A DNA stretch of 64,000 bases. Origin: an uncultured Dehalococcoidia bacterium (GTDB lineage: Bacteria > Chloroflexota > Dehalococcoidia > Lucifugimonadales > GCA-2712585). The position numbers were made by a program, and so were the translations under genes. The DNA is taken from positions 442,459 through 506,458 of the forward strand of contig OX638324.1 of the NCBI GenBank assembly GCA_951812825.1. The letters run 5' to 3'. The notes beneath the pieces are model-generated. The model ran no database searches. It was given only the letters and a program-made list of their open reading frames with translations, and was not told the origin of the DNA. Positions 10,806 to 21,139 of the stretch are shown here, in pieces (positions within the stretch are counted from its first letter, which is position 1; each line of letters opens with the position of its first letter).

Positions 10806-11240
10806 ATGGCCGAATACATTCCATCTCCCGCCCAGTGGGTCCGCGACCAGGTGGAACTCTACGAAAGCAGCGGCGGCACCCAGGGCACCACCCTCCGCGA
10901 CTCCGGTCTCCCCGTCATCATCGTCACAAACCGCGGCAACCGCTCCGGCGCCATCCGCAAGACCCCCCTCATGCGGGTTAAGGACGGCGACAGCTACGTC
11001 CTGATTGGCTCCCGCGGCGGCGCCCCCACCCACCCCCAATGGGTCCACAACCTCCGGGCCGACCCCAACGTCCAGATTCAGGACGAGACCCAAATCTATA
11101 AGATGAGAATCCGCGAGTTGTCGGAAGGCGAAGAAAGGGCCCGCCTCTGGACTCTAGCCGTGCAGGCCTTTCCTCCCTACGAGGAGTACCAGCAGAAGAC
11201 TCACCGCCTGATCCCCCTCTTCCTCGCGGAGCCGGTCTAG
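10806..11240 (+). CDS. Deazaflavin (F420)-dependent nitroreductase family protein (Ddn/DUF385-like)
   Basis: 144 aa, AGGAGG RBS. WVRDQVELYESSGGT...LPVIIVTNRGNRSGAIRKTPLM...GSRGGAPTHPQWVHNLRADPNV matches the family pattern. Confidence 0.75.
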   Translation: MAEYIPSPAQWVRDQVELYESSGGTQGTTLRDSGLPVIIVTNRGNRSGAIRKTPLMRVKDGDSYVLIGSRGGAPTHPQWVHNLRADPNVQIQDETQIYKMRIRELSEGEERARLWTLAVQAFPPYEEYQQKTHRLIPLFLAEPV

Positions 11241-11271
11241 CGACAGGGACGCGCCTGACACAGTAAATCGC

Positions 11272-11700
11272 TCAGCCCGTAAAACGCACTATCAGGGGCA
11301 CCACAATGGCCGTGGCTGACAGGGCCGCAATCACCCCCGTGAACAGCAGATAGCGCATGCCGTAGTTCGACATCAGTGCCGGGTCGTAATACCTGTCCAC
11401 ATCGTTGTCTCGGTACATATCCACAAGTCCCCGCAGCAGCATCTGCCGAGTCCGCCTTCCCAGCGCCAGTCCAGCCACAGCGATTACGTTAAGAGCCACC
11501 GTCATTACAATGAACACCGCCAATATGATGTCGTAGGTGGCCGCGTCCTCTTCATTCGCCGCCTCCGTGGCCACCCCGAAGTTGATCGCAAGCACTATAA
11601 GATTGAACACGATGGCAGTTAGCACAAATATCGTATCCGTGCGGCTGCTCTCCCTTAGCTCGCTGACTATGTGGTCGTGCACCTGACTCAACATTTCCAT
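11272..11700 (-). CDS. Hypothetical integral membrane protein
   Basis: ORF 11272-11772. I prefer the ATG at 11700, which follows a GAAGGGAGGG RBS. It has four hydrophobic segments and I recognise no family. Confidence 0.5.
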   Translation of the reverse strand: MEMLSQVHDHIVSELRESSRTDTIFVLTAIVFNLIVLAINFGVATEAANEEDAATYDIILAVFIVMTVALNVIAVAGLALGRRTRQMLLRGLVDMYRDNDVDRYYDPALMSNYGMRYLLFTGVIAALSATAIVVPLIVRFTG

Positions 11701-11925
11701 CCCTCCCTTCATTCGTTGACGAAATCTGACGCGCCCTGGCCATCCTCCACAGCCTGTTTCGAAAGCCAGCAATCTCCGACGACCAGGTCTTCTCGATTCG
11801 GGACGCCGTGACGGAGCAGGAGGACAGGCTACCAGACGGAATCACGTCATTCAAGGCCATATCCTGTAATGCAATACGGGTACAGGCGGCGATAATCTTC
11901 TTGCACGCTAAGTACGAATTATCGG

Positions 11926-12360
11926 CTAGGACTTTTGAAACAGGCTCTCTATCCTCTCCCGTAGCTGCTCTTCCTGCTCCATCATTTCCGGCGTCATCAT
12001 TTCGATAAAGTCCGCCTCCTCGTACACTGGCCGAATCTCCACCTCGCTGGGTCCCGACATCGGGTTAGGGCACCGTTTGATCCATTCCACCGCCTCATCC
12101 ATCTCCTTCACCTGCCACACCCAGTATCCGGCGATCAGATCCTCGGTATTGCCGAAGGGTCCGTCATCGACAGTCCGGCCTGTCCCGTCGAACGCAACCC
12201 GCTTGCCCTGCGACGTGGGCTTCAAGCCCTCTCCCGCCAGTAGTATGCCGGCCTCGTCAAGCTCCTGGTTGTATCGGCCCATCGCCTCTATGAGTTCCAT
12301 TGAAGGCATCACGCCAGCTTCGCTTTCCTTCGTAGCCTTAATCAGAATCATCACGCGCAT
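11926..12360 (-). CDS. YciI-like / DGPF-domain protein
   Basis: 144 aa: MRVMILIKATKESEAG...ILLAGEGLKP...VDDGPF...LIAGYWVWQVKEMDEAVEWIKRCP, the typical YCII-related pattern. Confidence 0.6.
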   Translation of the reverse strand: MRVMILIKATKESEAGVMPSMELIEAMGRYNQELDEAGILLAGEGLKPTSQGKRVAFDGTGRTVDDGPFGNTEDLIAGYWVWQVKEMDEAVEWIKRCPNPMSGPSEVEIRPVYEEADFIEMMTPEMMEQEEQLRERIESLFQKS

Positions 12361-12623
12361 GGTTGTCTCCTCTACAGCTAATGGTTATCCAAATGACTTT
12401 CCCGCTATACAAGGGCAATGATACTAGATTTAGTGCCGATGATGCCCTCGTAGAAATGTTTGCAAAGGCAAAGCGACCAGCATGATGGATAAGCGATAGC
12501 CTTCCCCGCAACCCATCTTTGGTCACACAAGGAACACCTTACCCTAGCCTTCACGGCTCTTGGACAGGTAAACTAGAATCAATGGCCCTATACGCCCCCA
12601 CAATCAACCGACAGGTAGCATAA

Positions 12624-13007
12624 ATGACCCCTTTGGAAGTATATTGGGCACGGTGCATCGCCAGAAGCAAGCGAGTCTGGTGCTTACTCAAGGAAGTAGA
12701 CACCGAAAGCGTAAACACCAGCGGGGTATACGTCATCTGGCATGGAGGGCATGTGCCCCGGGTCATCTACATCGGCCAGGGCGACATTGCCGGTCGCATT
12801 AACCATCACCGAAGCTCCAGCCGTATTCTTCAATATGAGTCTAAGGGACTCCTTATGGTAACCTGGGCGACCATCCCTGAGTCCCAACGAAAAGGTGTCG
12901 AGAAATTCCTTGTGGACGCCTACGAACCCCTTCGAGGCGATGATGAAGCGATTCAGCCCATCCCCGTAAATCTTCCGTGGGAAACGCCGCCCGTCGCCCC
13001 TCAGTAG
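12624..13007 (+). CDS. GIY-YIG-like domain protein (hypothetical)
   Basis: GVYVIWHGGHVPRVIYIGQGDIAGRINHHRSS resembles the GIY...YIG...R..H motif. An antisense ORF (12684-13118) overlaps it, so coding status is uncertain. Confidence 0.35.
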   Translation: MTPLEVYWARCIARSKRVWCLLKEVDTESVNTSGVYVIWHGGHVPRVIYIGQGDIAGRINHHRSSSRILQYESKGLLMVTWATIPESQRKGVEKFLVDAYEPLRGDDEAIQPIPVNLPWETPPVAPQ

Positions 13008-13581
13008 TCGCGTCCGGACCTTCACAAGCTCCAGGCTCTCACACTGGAACTTTGACCTTCTCCTAGGCTCCTGCGTTTGCTCCTTGCTTCTCCCCATTCT
13101 GTGATATAATCGCACCATTGGCGGTACACTGAGTTTCCGCGGTTGCTCCTAGGCTCCTTAGCTCACCCCTTCGGTTCCTCGTAAGCTTCCTTACGAACCT
13201 CCTTGGGCCCATTGCGCCTTCTGAATGGTGCCCCAACTTGCCTGTCAACCATCTGATGAAGGGAGGTCACACAAGCTACGAGGACAGGACTCTCTCCTGA
13301 ATGGGGCTAATGCAACCCTTCACAATCGGCCCTGACGACCTGTCGTACCACGTTCGCATGGGCCACGAAAGCGAGCTCAAGCACTGTCCAAAATACCGTC
13401 AGGCAAAGCGCGTCCGGCACATCCAGGCGCCGATGACGCCTGTCCCGTCTACCGTAGCTACTGCTTCAGACAACATCGTACACCGGTAACCACAGCTGGA
13501 CACTGTAACCCAGTTTAGCGAAGGGATGACCATTGCTGGCCCCCTTTCGCAACATACAACCGCAAAATTAGGAGAAGAACA

Positions 13582-13899
13582 ATGAGACTATGGCCATTCG
13601 GCAATGGAGTCCGCAAACTTTCGAAAGAGTTGCGCAAAGAGTTACTCGAGAAATTCAACATTAATTCCGATGATGCCGCAGAAATGCGCTACGCAGACAA
13701 GCGAGGCAAGATCAGTAGCGGTCCCGTCGACCTGATATGCATTTTCAATCCGTCCCTCCTCTCCGACGCGGAGCTTTCATCCGCCAACTACAAAAAACTG
13801 ATGGACCTCAATAAGGGCCTGCTCTTCACGGGCCACGTCATCAAGGGCACCGAATTCTCTGGAGCCGTGTTCATGCTCCACGACCAGCGCGCCGTATAG
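13582..13899 (+). CDS. Hypothetical protein
   Basis: 105-aa ORF with a GGAG-type RBS (AGGAGAAGAACA ATG). No recognisable motif. Confidence 0.3.
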   Translation: MRLWPFGNGVRKLSKELRKELLEKFNINSDDAAEMRYADKRGKISSGPVDLICIFNPSLLSDAELSSANYKKLMDLNKGLLFTGHVIKGTEFSGAVFMLHDQRAV

Positions 13900-14141
13900 C
13901 GTCATCACGAATCCCCGCGCCTACGTAGTTGCCTGAGGGCCTTACCAAGGCGCAATTCCACTCGGCGCTCTATTTAAGAGGCGGGACGTAGCGCCCACCT
14001 CTCTAAGAGAAGCTGTGTCAGAGGCCGGCTCTCGTGAAATGGGCATTTTCAATTCGACGGGATTGAATCGGTCCAAAATCGCGCCTGGACCCTCAAATGG
14101 CAACAGGCCATGCCTGAATGCTTAAGTCCCTGAAGTAAGGG

Positions 14142-14585
14142 CTACATCCCATTCTTTACGCGCTCCCACGAAGCTACTGGCCCCGGAACAACCACGAAGG
14201 ATGGATGTGGCTCAGGAACCTGGTCCTGGTCAAGCAGCCTCAGTCTCTCCGGGTCGCGACGTTCCAGCTTGGCCGCCAGGTGCGAATGCTCATATCGCAG
14301 TTGGCCTTCGGTAACCTCAATAGCCGGCACCCGCACCGCAGAAGATTCAATCTTGCTTCGGTTGAACCGATATCCCCTCCTGCACCCTTCATCCCACACC
14401 GCTCGCAAGTAGCATCCCATCGCGTCCAGACGCGCCGGATGAGTGCAAAAACGCTCAAGCTGAGGGTGGTTGCCATAGCCTCGAATGTGACCGCCGATAA
14501 CCTTCTGCGCCAGAAGCCCTTCCCTCCAGAGCGCCACAAGCCCTTTCGCATCCAGATATCTCGGATGTAGTGACCACAACCGCAT
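14142..14585 (-). CDS. Pyrimidine dimer DNA glycosylase family protein (DenV/endonuclease V-like)
   Basis: MRLWSLHPRYLDAKGLVALWREGLLAQKVIGG...GYGNHPQLERF is the conserved N-terminal signature of this family. Confidence 0.75.
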   Translation of the reverse strand: MRLWSLHPRYLDAKGLVALWREGLLAQKVIGGHIRGYGNHPQLERFCTHPARLDAMGCYLRAVWDEGCRRGYRFNRSKIESSAVRVPAIEVTEGQLRYEHSHLAAKLERRDPERLRLLDQDQVPEPHPSFVVVPGPVASWERVKNGM

Positions 14586-14668
14586 TAGCAGACTCTCCAG
14601 AACCGGCGCCTCGGTTTGGGATTCCCAGCCCCCCGACCCTCAGGAATTATGGCATAATTAGATCTACG

Positions 14669-15835
14669 ATGCTTCGACCAAAACAGCCCGGCTCCTTACC
14701 GTACATCGTAGCCGCGACGCTATTTCTGCTGTTCCTGATAGGAGCCTGCGGCAAAGATGACACCAAACCCTCTGATTCCCCAACGACTCCTCCCTCCTCA
14801 ACCGCTGCGCCAACCAAGTCCGACGCCACCGCTTCCCTGCCAACTAGCGAAACACCCGAAGCTGAGGGCATCGTCAGCCTCCCCCACGACGAAGGCGCTC
14901 ACCTCTCTCTAATAGAATGGTGGTACTTCAATGGCCACTTGGATACGGAAGACGGGCGCACCTTCAGCTACCACTTCGTCACCTTCCAGTCCATGTTGGA
15001 CTCAGGGCTGACCCCTAGATTGATGCAGCTCAGCTGGGCAGACCACGACGGGGGAATACATCTGGTCAAGGAGCAGGCCGCCTTTCCACAGGTAGAGGCG
15101 ACTTCAGGAGAATTTGACCTCGCCGTCGGCGACTGGCGTATGAACGGCGACGGCAAGTCCTTCGACCTATCCTTCACCATCGGCGACTACGCCGTGGACC
15201 TGCAGGGAGAATCCACAAAGCCCCCAGCCCTCCACTATGAGACCGGCTATGTTGACCTCGGCGTCGCCGGCAAGTCCTACTACTACTCCCATACCGACGT
15301 TGAGACCTCCGGAACGGTATCGGTCAATGGCGTCTCCCAACCGGTAACCGGCATTGCCTGGATGGACCACCAGTGGGGCGACTTTACCACCGCGGGAATC
15401 GGCTGGGACTGGTTCAGTCTGAACCTCGACGACGGCTCCGACTTGAAAATCTCGATGGTCTGGGAATTAGATGGAGGCAAACACATAGAGACCTATGGCA
15501 CCTACGTCCCTCCAGACGGCCAATCAACGGTGCACCTGTCCGGTGACGACATTTCCGTGGAATCCACCGATGCGTGGACCAGCCCCGACACGGGAGGCGA
15601 ATACCCCATGGGCTGGAATCTGCAGGTCGGTTCCCTTGGCCTAGACCTCATGTTGACTCCGGTAATCAGGGAAGCGGAGTACGCTGAATCCGGCTTCGTC
15701 CCGGTGATCTACTGGGAAGGCGCGGTAGCAGCGGAGGGCGCGAGAAACGGAAGCCCTCTATCTGGCAGGGGCTTTGTAGAAATGGTCGGATACGTACCAG
15801 GTGCACTGGCCAACCCCGCCACCCCCAACCCATAG
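14669..15835 (+). CDS. Secreted lipoprotein, CrtC/AttH-like (lipocalin-like hydratase/hydrolase fold)
   Basis: ORF 14570-15835. The internal ATG at 14669 gives a signal peptide and lipobox (LFLLFLIGACGKDD). HDEGAHLSLIEWWYFNGHL...SYHFVTFQ and WMDHQWGDF are typical of the CrtC/AttH family. Confidence 0.55.
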   Translation: MLRPKQPGSLPYIVAATLFLLFLIGACGKDDTKPSDSPTTPPSSTAAPTKSDATASLPTSETPEAEGIVSLPHDEGAHLSLIEWWYFNGHLDTEDGRTFSYHFVTFQSMLDSGLTPRLMQLSWADHDGGIHLVKEQAAFPQVEATSGEFDLAVGDWRMNGDGKSFDLSFTIGDYAVDLQGESTKPPALHYETGYVDLGVAGKSYYYSHTDVETSGTVSVNGVSQPVTGIAWMDHQWGDFTTAGIGWDWFSLNLDDGSDLKISMVWELDGGKHIETYGTYVPPDGQSTVHLSGDDISVESTDAWTSPDTGGEYPMGWNLQVGSLGLDLMLTPVIREAEYAESGFVPVIYWEGAVAAEGARNGSPLSGRGFVEMVGYVPGALANPATPNP

Positions 15836-16185
15836 CCCTCAACAGTCGAAGGGCGCTCATCTTAGGACACCCGTAACTAGGCCCTGCTCCCAAGACTTAA
15901 GATCCTCAACATGAAGTCGCGGGCGTGGACCATCTCCGGAAATGCGTTGGTCGCACCGAATGCATGACCGACACGACAATGGAATGAAGAAGGCTGTTTT
16001 TCCTGGGCAAATGTGAGAGTGTTTATCTAACCATATTTCGTAAGCAACTAATATAACAATAAATATAATTCGTCGCAGCGACTCAGTTCTCGGAGTCCTT
16101 GACTAGAGTTGCCCTTGAGGTTAAGCTACATCCGCAAAGGACAAGGTTCGTCCAAGCTCGATTACTAAAATTTGAGAGGTGTGCG

Positions 16186-17940
16186 ATGTCCAGACTGCTA
16201 TGGTCCCATTTGAGGGGAGTCTCTTACCTCTTGGGTGCGCTGGTCCTCCTGACTCTGTTCATCGCAGCCTGCGGGGACGACGACACGCCCGAACCGACTC
16301 CGGCTGCGGCCACGCCCGCTCCCACGGCTGCCCCCGCACCGGCCACCCCGGCGCCCACGGCTATGCCAACTCCGACCCCAACGCCCACCATGGCTCCGGA
16401 ACCGCAGCCTGTTGTGGACAAAGTGGTAGTAGCGATTACCCCACCCTCCCCCCAGAACACCCTGTTTCATAAGGTCTGGGTTGAGGGAAGCGGACCACTA
16501 AGAGGAATGTACGAGACCCTCATCGGCTTCAACCGATTCACTCGAGAATACGAGGCCACTCGACTGGCTACCGACTGGAGCGTGTCCCCGGACGGGACCA
16601 AGTGGACCTATATACTGCGACAGGGCATACCCTTCCACAACGGTACCGAGTTTACCGCCCAGGACGTGGTGTTCACTTGGGAACAGTACGCAAACAGTAT
16701 GCTCTCCGGCTCCGCCCTCATGATGGAGGTCATCGACGGTGAGGATAGCTTCAGCATCCCAAACCCCCATGAAATCACGTGGAACCTCAACAGGCCGGAG
16801 GCGACTATTGGCATCTGGACCTCCGATATGTTCCAGTGGCTCAACTACAGCAAAGACCATTGGGACGCGGTAGGTGAGGAGGGGTACGCAGCCGATCCCA
16901 TCGGGACGGGCCCCTTCCGCTTTGTAAGTTTTGGAGAGAACAGCCACATCGCCTTTGAGCGTGTGGAGGACCATTGGCGACAGACGCCGGAGATGAATGA
17001 AATCGAATTCCGCTATATGAAGGAAGACGCGACCCGCGTAGCGGCGCTATTGGCTAAAGAGGTCCACATGTCCGATATTCCCAGGAATCTATTGCCTCAG
17101 ATAAGAGAAGAGGGATATTCGGAAGTTTTCAGCACCGTGCCCGGCTTCATTGTCTTCATGATGTTCGGAGGACAGTATTACTACCAGCCGCCCGGTTGGG
17201 AGGAGAAGTTCGACCCCACCTCTCCACTCACAAAAGCTGGAGTAAGAAAGTCTCTCAGTCTGGCCATCGATCGGAATGAGATCAACGATGTCTTCTTCGA
17301 AGGAAATGCGGACTACGCCACGGGTTTCAAGATTCACCCGACGGACGCGGCCTTCAACGACAGATGGACGGTGGACCCCTTCGATCCCGAGCAAGCCAGG
17401 CAGTTACTGGCCGAGGCGGGATATCCAAATGGCTTCGAACTTGAGGTTGTGGCCAGCAAGAAGCCCGGACTCTCCGAGGGGCCGGAAATCTCCGAGACCA
17501 TCGCCCAGTACTGGAGGGACATCGGAGTCAACGTAGAACTCAGGGAGATTGAATACGCCGAGATGCTCAGCATGGGGCGCACGTGGGACCTGCAGAGGCA
17601 CGCCCGCCTGGAGATGCACGGTTTCTTCTCCTACGAGATGTCCCTGACCAACAACCTGAAGGTCTCCGCGACTGAGGATAGGGCCCGCGGCGGAATGTTT
17701 GCCCACGAGGTAACAGACGGCCTGGTGCGAGAAATTGAAGTCACCGTAGACCCGGCCGAGAGGCTGCGACTATTCCGCCAACTCGGCGACTTCCTCTACG
17801 ACGAGCACGCCATCTTGCCCCTCTACTGGGTCCTGCCCGTCGCTGCCTACGACGACGGAGTAATCGCAAAGTATGAGTCGGACTTCTCCAACCAGGGGCC
17901 CACTCGACACTGGGAATACGCCGAACTGGTTAAGAATTAG
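16186..17940 (+). CDS. ABC transporter substrate-binding lipoprotein, family 5
   Basis: ORF 16099-17940. ATG at 16186 follows a GAGAGG RBS. It has a lipobox (LTLFIAACGDDD), a PT-rich linker, and HIAFERVEDHWRQTPEM...DATRVAALLAKEVHMSDIP. It is a paralog of the other two SBPs. Confidence 0.85.
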   Translation: MSRLLWSHLRGVSYLLGALVLLTLFIAACGDDDTPEPTPAAATPAPTAAPAPATPAPTAMPTPTPTPTMAPEPQPVVDKVVVAITPPSPQNTLFHKVWVEGSGPLRGMYETLIGFNRFTREYEATRLATDWSVSPDGTKWTYILRQGIPFHNGTEFTAQDVVFTWEQYANSMLSGSALMMEVIDGEDSFSIPNPHEITWNLNRPEATIGIWTSDMFQWLNYSKDHWDAVGEEGYAADPIGTGPFRFVSFGENSHIAFERVEDHWRQTPEMNEIEFRYMKEDATRVAALLAKEVHMSDIPRNLLPQIREEGYSEVFSTVPGFIVFMMFGGQYYYQPPGWEEKFDPTSPLTKAGVRKSLSLAIDRNEINDVFFEGNADYATGFKIHPTDAAFNDRWTVDPFDPEQARQLLAEAGYPNGFELEVVASKKPGLSEGPEISETIAQYWRDIGVNVELREIEYAEMLSMGRTWDLQRHARLEMHGFFSYEMSLTNNLKVSATEDRARGGMFAHEVTDGLVREIEVTVDPAERLRLFRQLGDFLYDEHAILPLYWVLPVAAYDDGVIAKYESDFSNQGPTRHWEYAELVKN

Positions 17941-17962
17941 ACCACAATAAAGAGGTGCAGAG

Positions 17963-19108
17963 ATGCGTAACGGATTCAAGATAATTGATGCTGACGGTCA
18001 CTTCTACGAGCCGCCGGACATCTGGGACAAGTATATGGTTGGCGAGGAGTGCTACGACCAGCGGCCCAGGGTGGCCAAGGTCCACGGAAGGGCGATCCTC
18101 CAGTACACCGACGGTCAGATAGCCGTAGGGGGCAACAGAGAGAAAAGCTCTCAAATACTCACCCAGAAATTTGCCAACGGCTACAACAACTGGTGGAGTG
18201 CAGAAAGCCGCCTCAGAGACATGGACGAACAGGGATGGGATATCCAGGTCATGCTCGCCACCAACGCCGCAGTATCCGCCGCCTATAACCGGGAGCCCCA
18301 CGTCTACGCCGCTATGTGCCGCGCCTATAACAACTGGGCAAACGAGTACTGTAGCGCAGCCCCTGAACGCCTCAAGTTCTGCGCCCAGGTGCCCGGTGAG
18401 CTGCTGGATGAGATGGTTGTCGAGATGAGGCGCGCCGTTGTTGAGAAAGGGGCTGTGTCCATTTTCCTTCCCCAGGCCATTGCCGACAAGATGTGGCACC
18501 ATCCCGACTACGACCCTATTTGGCAGACGGCGTCGGACTTGGAAGTGCCCTTGGCCATCCACGGCATGGACAGCGCCACAGGCAAACCCCTTCTGGGCGT
18601 CCGCTATAACAATGTGAAAGGAGGCGCTCGATCCGTGGGAACCCTGATAGGCTTCCCCTTCGAGAACATGCTGGCCCTGGCTCACTTCATGCTTAGCGGC
18701 ATCCTGGACCGGTACCCCACACTACGCCTGCTTGTCTTGGAATCCAACTCGGGTTGGCTGCCCTTCTTCCTGAACCGGCTGGACAAGGCCACGGAGGGAC
18801 GCCAGGGCCTGGCTTTCCACGACGACCCCTTGGACGCCTCACCCCGGGACTACTTCCTGCGACAGTGCGCCATAGCCGCTGACGCTGACGAGACCACCAT
18901 AAAATACGTGGTGGACGACATTGGCAACGACAACATAGTCTTCAACACCGATTACCCCCACGCCGACGCGCCGGCCCCCCACGAACCCCTGGAGGAAATG
19001 ATGGCGCAGCCGCTGTCCCATGAGAGTAAGGAGAAGATCCTTTGGGACAACTCCGTGAAGATCTACGGGGATAGACTAATTGCAGGCCACCCCCTGGCTG
19101 CGGCCTAG
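17963..19108 (+). CDS. Amidohydrolase-2 family protein (ACMSD-like metal-dependent hydrolase/decarboxylase)
   Basis: 381 aa: FKIIDADGHFYEPPDIWDKY..., ...FNTDYPHAD near the C-terminus. It starts 23 nt after the SBP stop. Confidence 0.75.
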   Translation: MRNGFKIIDADGHFYEPPDIWDKYMVGEECYDQRPRVAKVHGRAILQYTDGQIAVGGNREKSSQILTQKFANGYNNWWSAESRLRDMDEQGWDIQVMLATNAAVSAAYNREPHVYAAMCRAYNNWANEYCSAAPERLKFCAQVPGELLDEMVVEMRRAVVEKGAVSIFLPQAIADKMWHHPDYDPIWQTASDLEVPLAIHGMDSATGKPLLGVRYNNVKGGARSVGTLIGFPFENMLALAHFMLSGILDRYPTLRLLVLESNSGWLPFFLNRLDKATEGRQGLAFHDDPLDASPRDYFLRQCAIAADADETTIKYVVDDIGNDNIVFNTDYPHADAPAPHEPLEEMMAQPLSHESKEKILWDNSVKIYGDRLIAGHPLAAA

Positions 19109-19131
19109 ATAGAAGGGACCAGACTATTGGT

Positions 19132-19161
19132 AAAGGCCTGAGACTTTGGTCTCAGGCCTTT
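19132..19161. terminator. Bidirectional hairpin terminator between convergent genes
   Basis: AAAGGCCTGAGAC-TTTG-GTCTCAGGCCTTT, a perfect 13-bp stem flanked by A and T runs. Confidence 0.75.
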
Positions 19162-19267
19162 ACTCTTTTGATACCCCTCTGCGAATGAGGTCGCCCACAA
19201 CATTCGCGGGCAGTCGCACGGCATTGCAGAGAACGTAAATCAAGGGAGATAGGATTAATCAGCCTGC

Positions 19268-19819
19268 CTAGAGGGTTATCTCAAAGGTGATGCCGAACGC
19301 GTGCTGGAAGTCGACAAGGCGGTTCAGCTTCCACCCGCCTCTCCGATCAATGGGATCAGACATGCTCCCATGCTCCTTCAGGTCCTGATTGGTCTCGTCA
19401 TCCGTGATGATGACCATCTTGGACCCCGGTTCGTACAGGGGCAGCCGGTCTGAGTGCCAGGTGCCCTTGTGGAGCATATAGCCTCTTGTACCGTCGATCA
19501 GGAAGGCGCGCACGTCCTCGGGCTTGGGAATAGCGTTGTCGTCCTCCTGGGGAGTGGGAGCGGCCACAGCCACCACTGCCGGAGAGCCCGAAATGGGTAT
19601 GAACGCCTGCGTAACGTGGAAATGCTGCTCCAGACCGGTCAATCGGAGTCCCTTGTAGGGAAGTAGGGCAGTGCCAACTCTGACCTTCCCACCCTGGAAA
19701 TTCACCGGGGAGGAGGTCGCTTGACTTGCGGACATCTCCTCCACATCCAGCAGTTCTCCAAAGGGGCTGAAGGCCTCTTTGCTCAGCGGCTCCGCCTTTA
19801 TCGAATGAATCGTTGCCAT
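19268..19819 (-). CDS. Ureidoglycolate lyase family protein (AllA-like)
   Basis: PLSKEAFSPFGELL, LEQHFHVTQAFIPISG..AVVAVA and RAFLIDGTRGYMLHKGTWH line up with the E. coli AllA pattern (PLSQEAFSAYGDVI / LERHPLGTQAFIPMKG / RAF..G.QGVNYHRNVWH). Confidence 0.65.
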   Translation of the reverse strand: MATIHSIKAEPLSKEAFSPFGELLDVEEMSASQATSSPVNFQGGKVRVGTALLPYKGLRLTGLEQHFHVTQAFIPISGSPAVVAVAAPTPQEDDNAIPKPEDVRAFLIDGTRGYMLHKGTWHSDRLPLYEPGSKMVIITDDETNQDLKEHGSMSDPIDRRGGWKLNRLVDFQHAFGITFEITL

Positions 19820-19864
19820 TCTTCTCTCCTTCGTTTGGCGATCTAAATCTGCTTGTGAATCACG

Positions 19865-20968
19865 CTAATTCACACTCACCTTACGTCCAAGAGCGGAGGA
19901 TCGCTCTATGGAAGCAAGCAATTCATGGTTAGCAACGGCGTCGTCGAAATTAGGATGAACGGGTCCGCCGTTCCTGATGGCTGCGGCAAAGCGCCTGAAC
20001 ATCTGGGCAGTGTTAAAAGGCTCAACCTTGGTCAAACCCTCAGGCGCCCAGGTAAGCCCCTTGGGAATCTCCAGCGGTGCGAGGGCCTCTTCACTATCTC
20101 TCGCGCCTTCCAGCCTTATGGAAGCGGCAAGTTGAGGCAATGTGTTCGCCGAGGCCACTAGAGTTCCCTCTGTACCGTAGACTTCCAGCGTCCATCCGGT
20201 GCCGTGCCAGATCCCCCTTGATACGTGGGCCGACACGGCCGCTCCGTTGCTGAGCGTTCCGGCAACCAACACGGTGTCCGGGGCCGTAACCTCTAGCACT
20301 TCACCCGTGCCCTCCACTTTTCTACTGGTCAGCTGAGTCGAAACCTGCGCCGACAGTTGGGAGAACTCGGCAACGCAGTGTGATATCACGTCGAGGGTGT
20401 GCCCTCCGGGGATGGAAAGAACGTGAGCGCCCAGATTCCCATCCACCTCCCATGCCAGCCGGGGATGAACATTAGGGGTGCTGGACACGCAGGCCTTCAT
20501 CCTTACGCTCAACATGTCGCCCACGTACCCCTCATCTATCAGCTCCTTAAGTCGGAGCAGCACGGGGTTGTTTCGCAGTTGGAGGCCCACCATATGCACA
20601 ACTCCTCTCTCGCGTGCCTTGGCAGCCATCTCTTCCGCCTCGGCAACGGTCACGCCCAGGGGCCACTCGCAATACACGTGCTTTCCGGCCTCAAGCGCAG
20701 CCATCACCATGTCGTGATGTAGCGGCACCCTCACGCACACCGATACCGCCTCCACGTCGGGATGGGCAACCATCTCCCGATAATCGTGGAAGGCCATTGG
20801 TACGCCGAAATGCTCCGCCGCCTCCACAGCCGTCTCCTTTCTGCTGGTGCAGAGGCCCACGACCCGGTACTCCGGCAGTTCCAGAAGCGCAGGGATATGG
20901 ACAACCCCGCCCCATCCCGCATGGATATTGGCTCCTATGACAGCAATGTTCACTTTCTGGGAATCCAT
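19865..20968 (-). CDS. Gfo/Idh/MocA family NAD(P)-dependent oxidoreductase
   Basis: N-terminal Rossmann segment VNIAVIGANIHAGWGG..., HVYCEWPL motif, 367 aa. Confidence 0.8.
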   Translation of the reverse strand: MDSQKVNIAVIGANIHAGWGGVVHIPALLELPEYRVVGLCTSRKETAVEAAEHFGVPMAFHDYREMVAHPDVEAVSVCVRVPLHHDMVMAALEAGKHVYCEWPLGVTVAEAEEMAAKARERGVVHMVGLQLRNNPVLLRLKELIDEGYVGDMLSVRMKACVSSTPNVHPRLAWEVDGNLGAHVLSIPGGHTLDVISHCVAEFSQLSAQVSTQLTSRKVEGTGEVLEVTAPDTVLVAGTLSNGAAVSAHVSRGIWHGTGWTLEVYGTEGTLVASANTLPQLAASIRLEGARDSEEALAPLEIPKGLTWAPEGLTKVEPFNTAQMFRRFAAAIRNGGPVHPNFDDAVANHELLASIERSSALGRKVSVN

Positions 20969-21139
20969 AATTGCCTCCTGGTCCCTTGATGGTCCGTGCC
21001 TTCCGGTCGATTATAGGCGAATCCATCCCCCGCTAACCACCGCCGGCCCCAGAGCACAAGGCATTGAAGAGCCTGGCGGCCTCTACCTTGACTCTATTTC
21101 GACCCCAAGACTAGAATCAACCAAGTTTTTCGGGCAGAA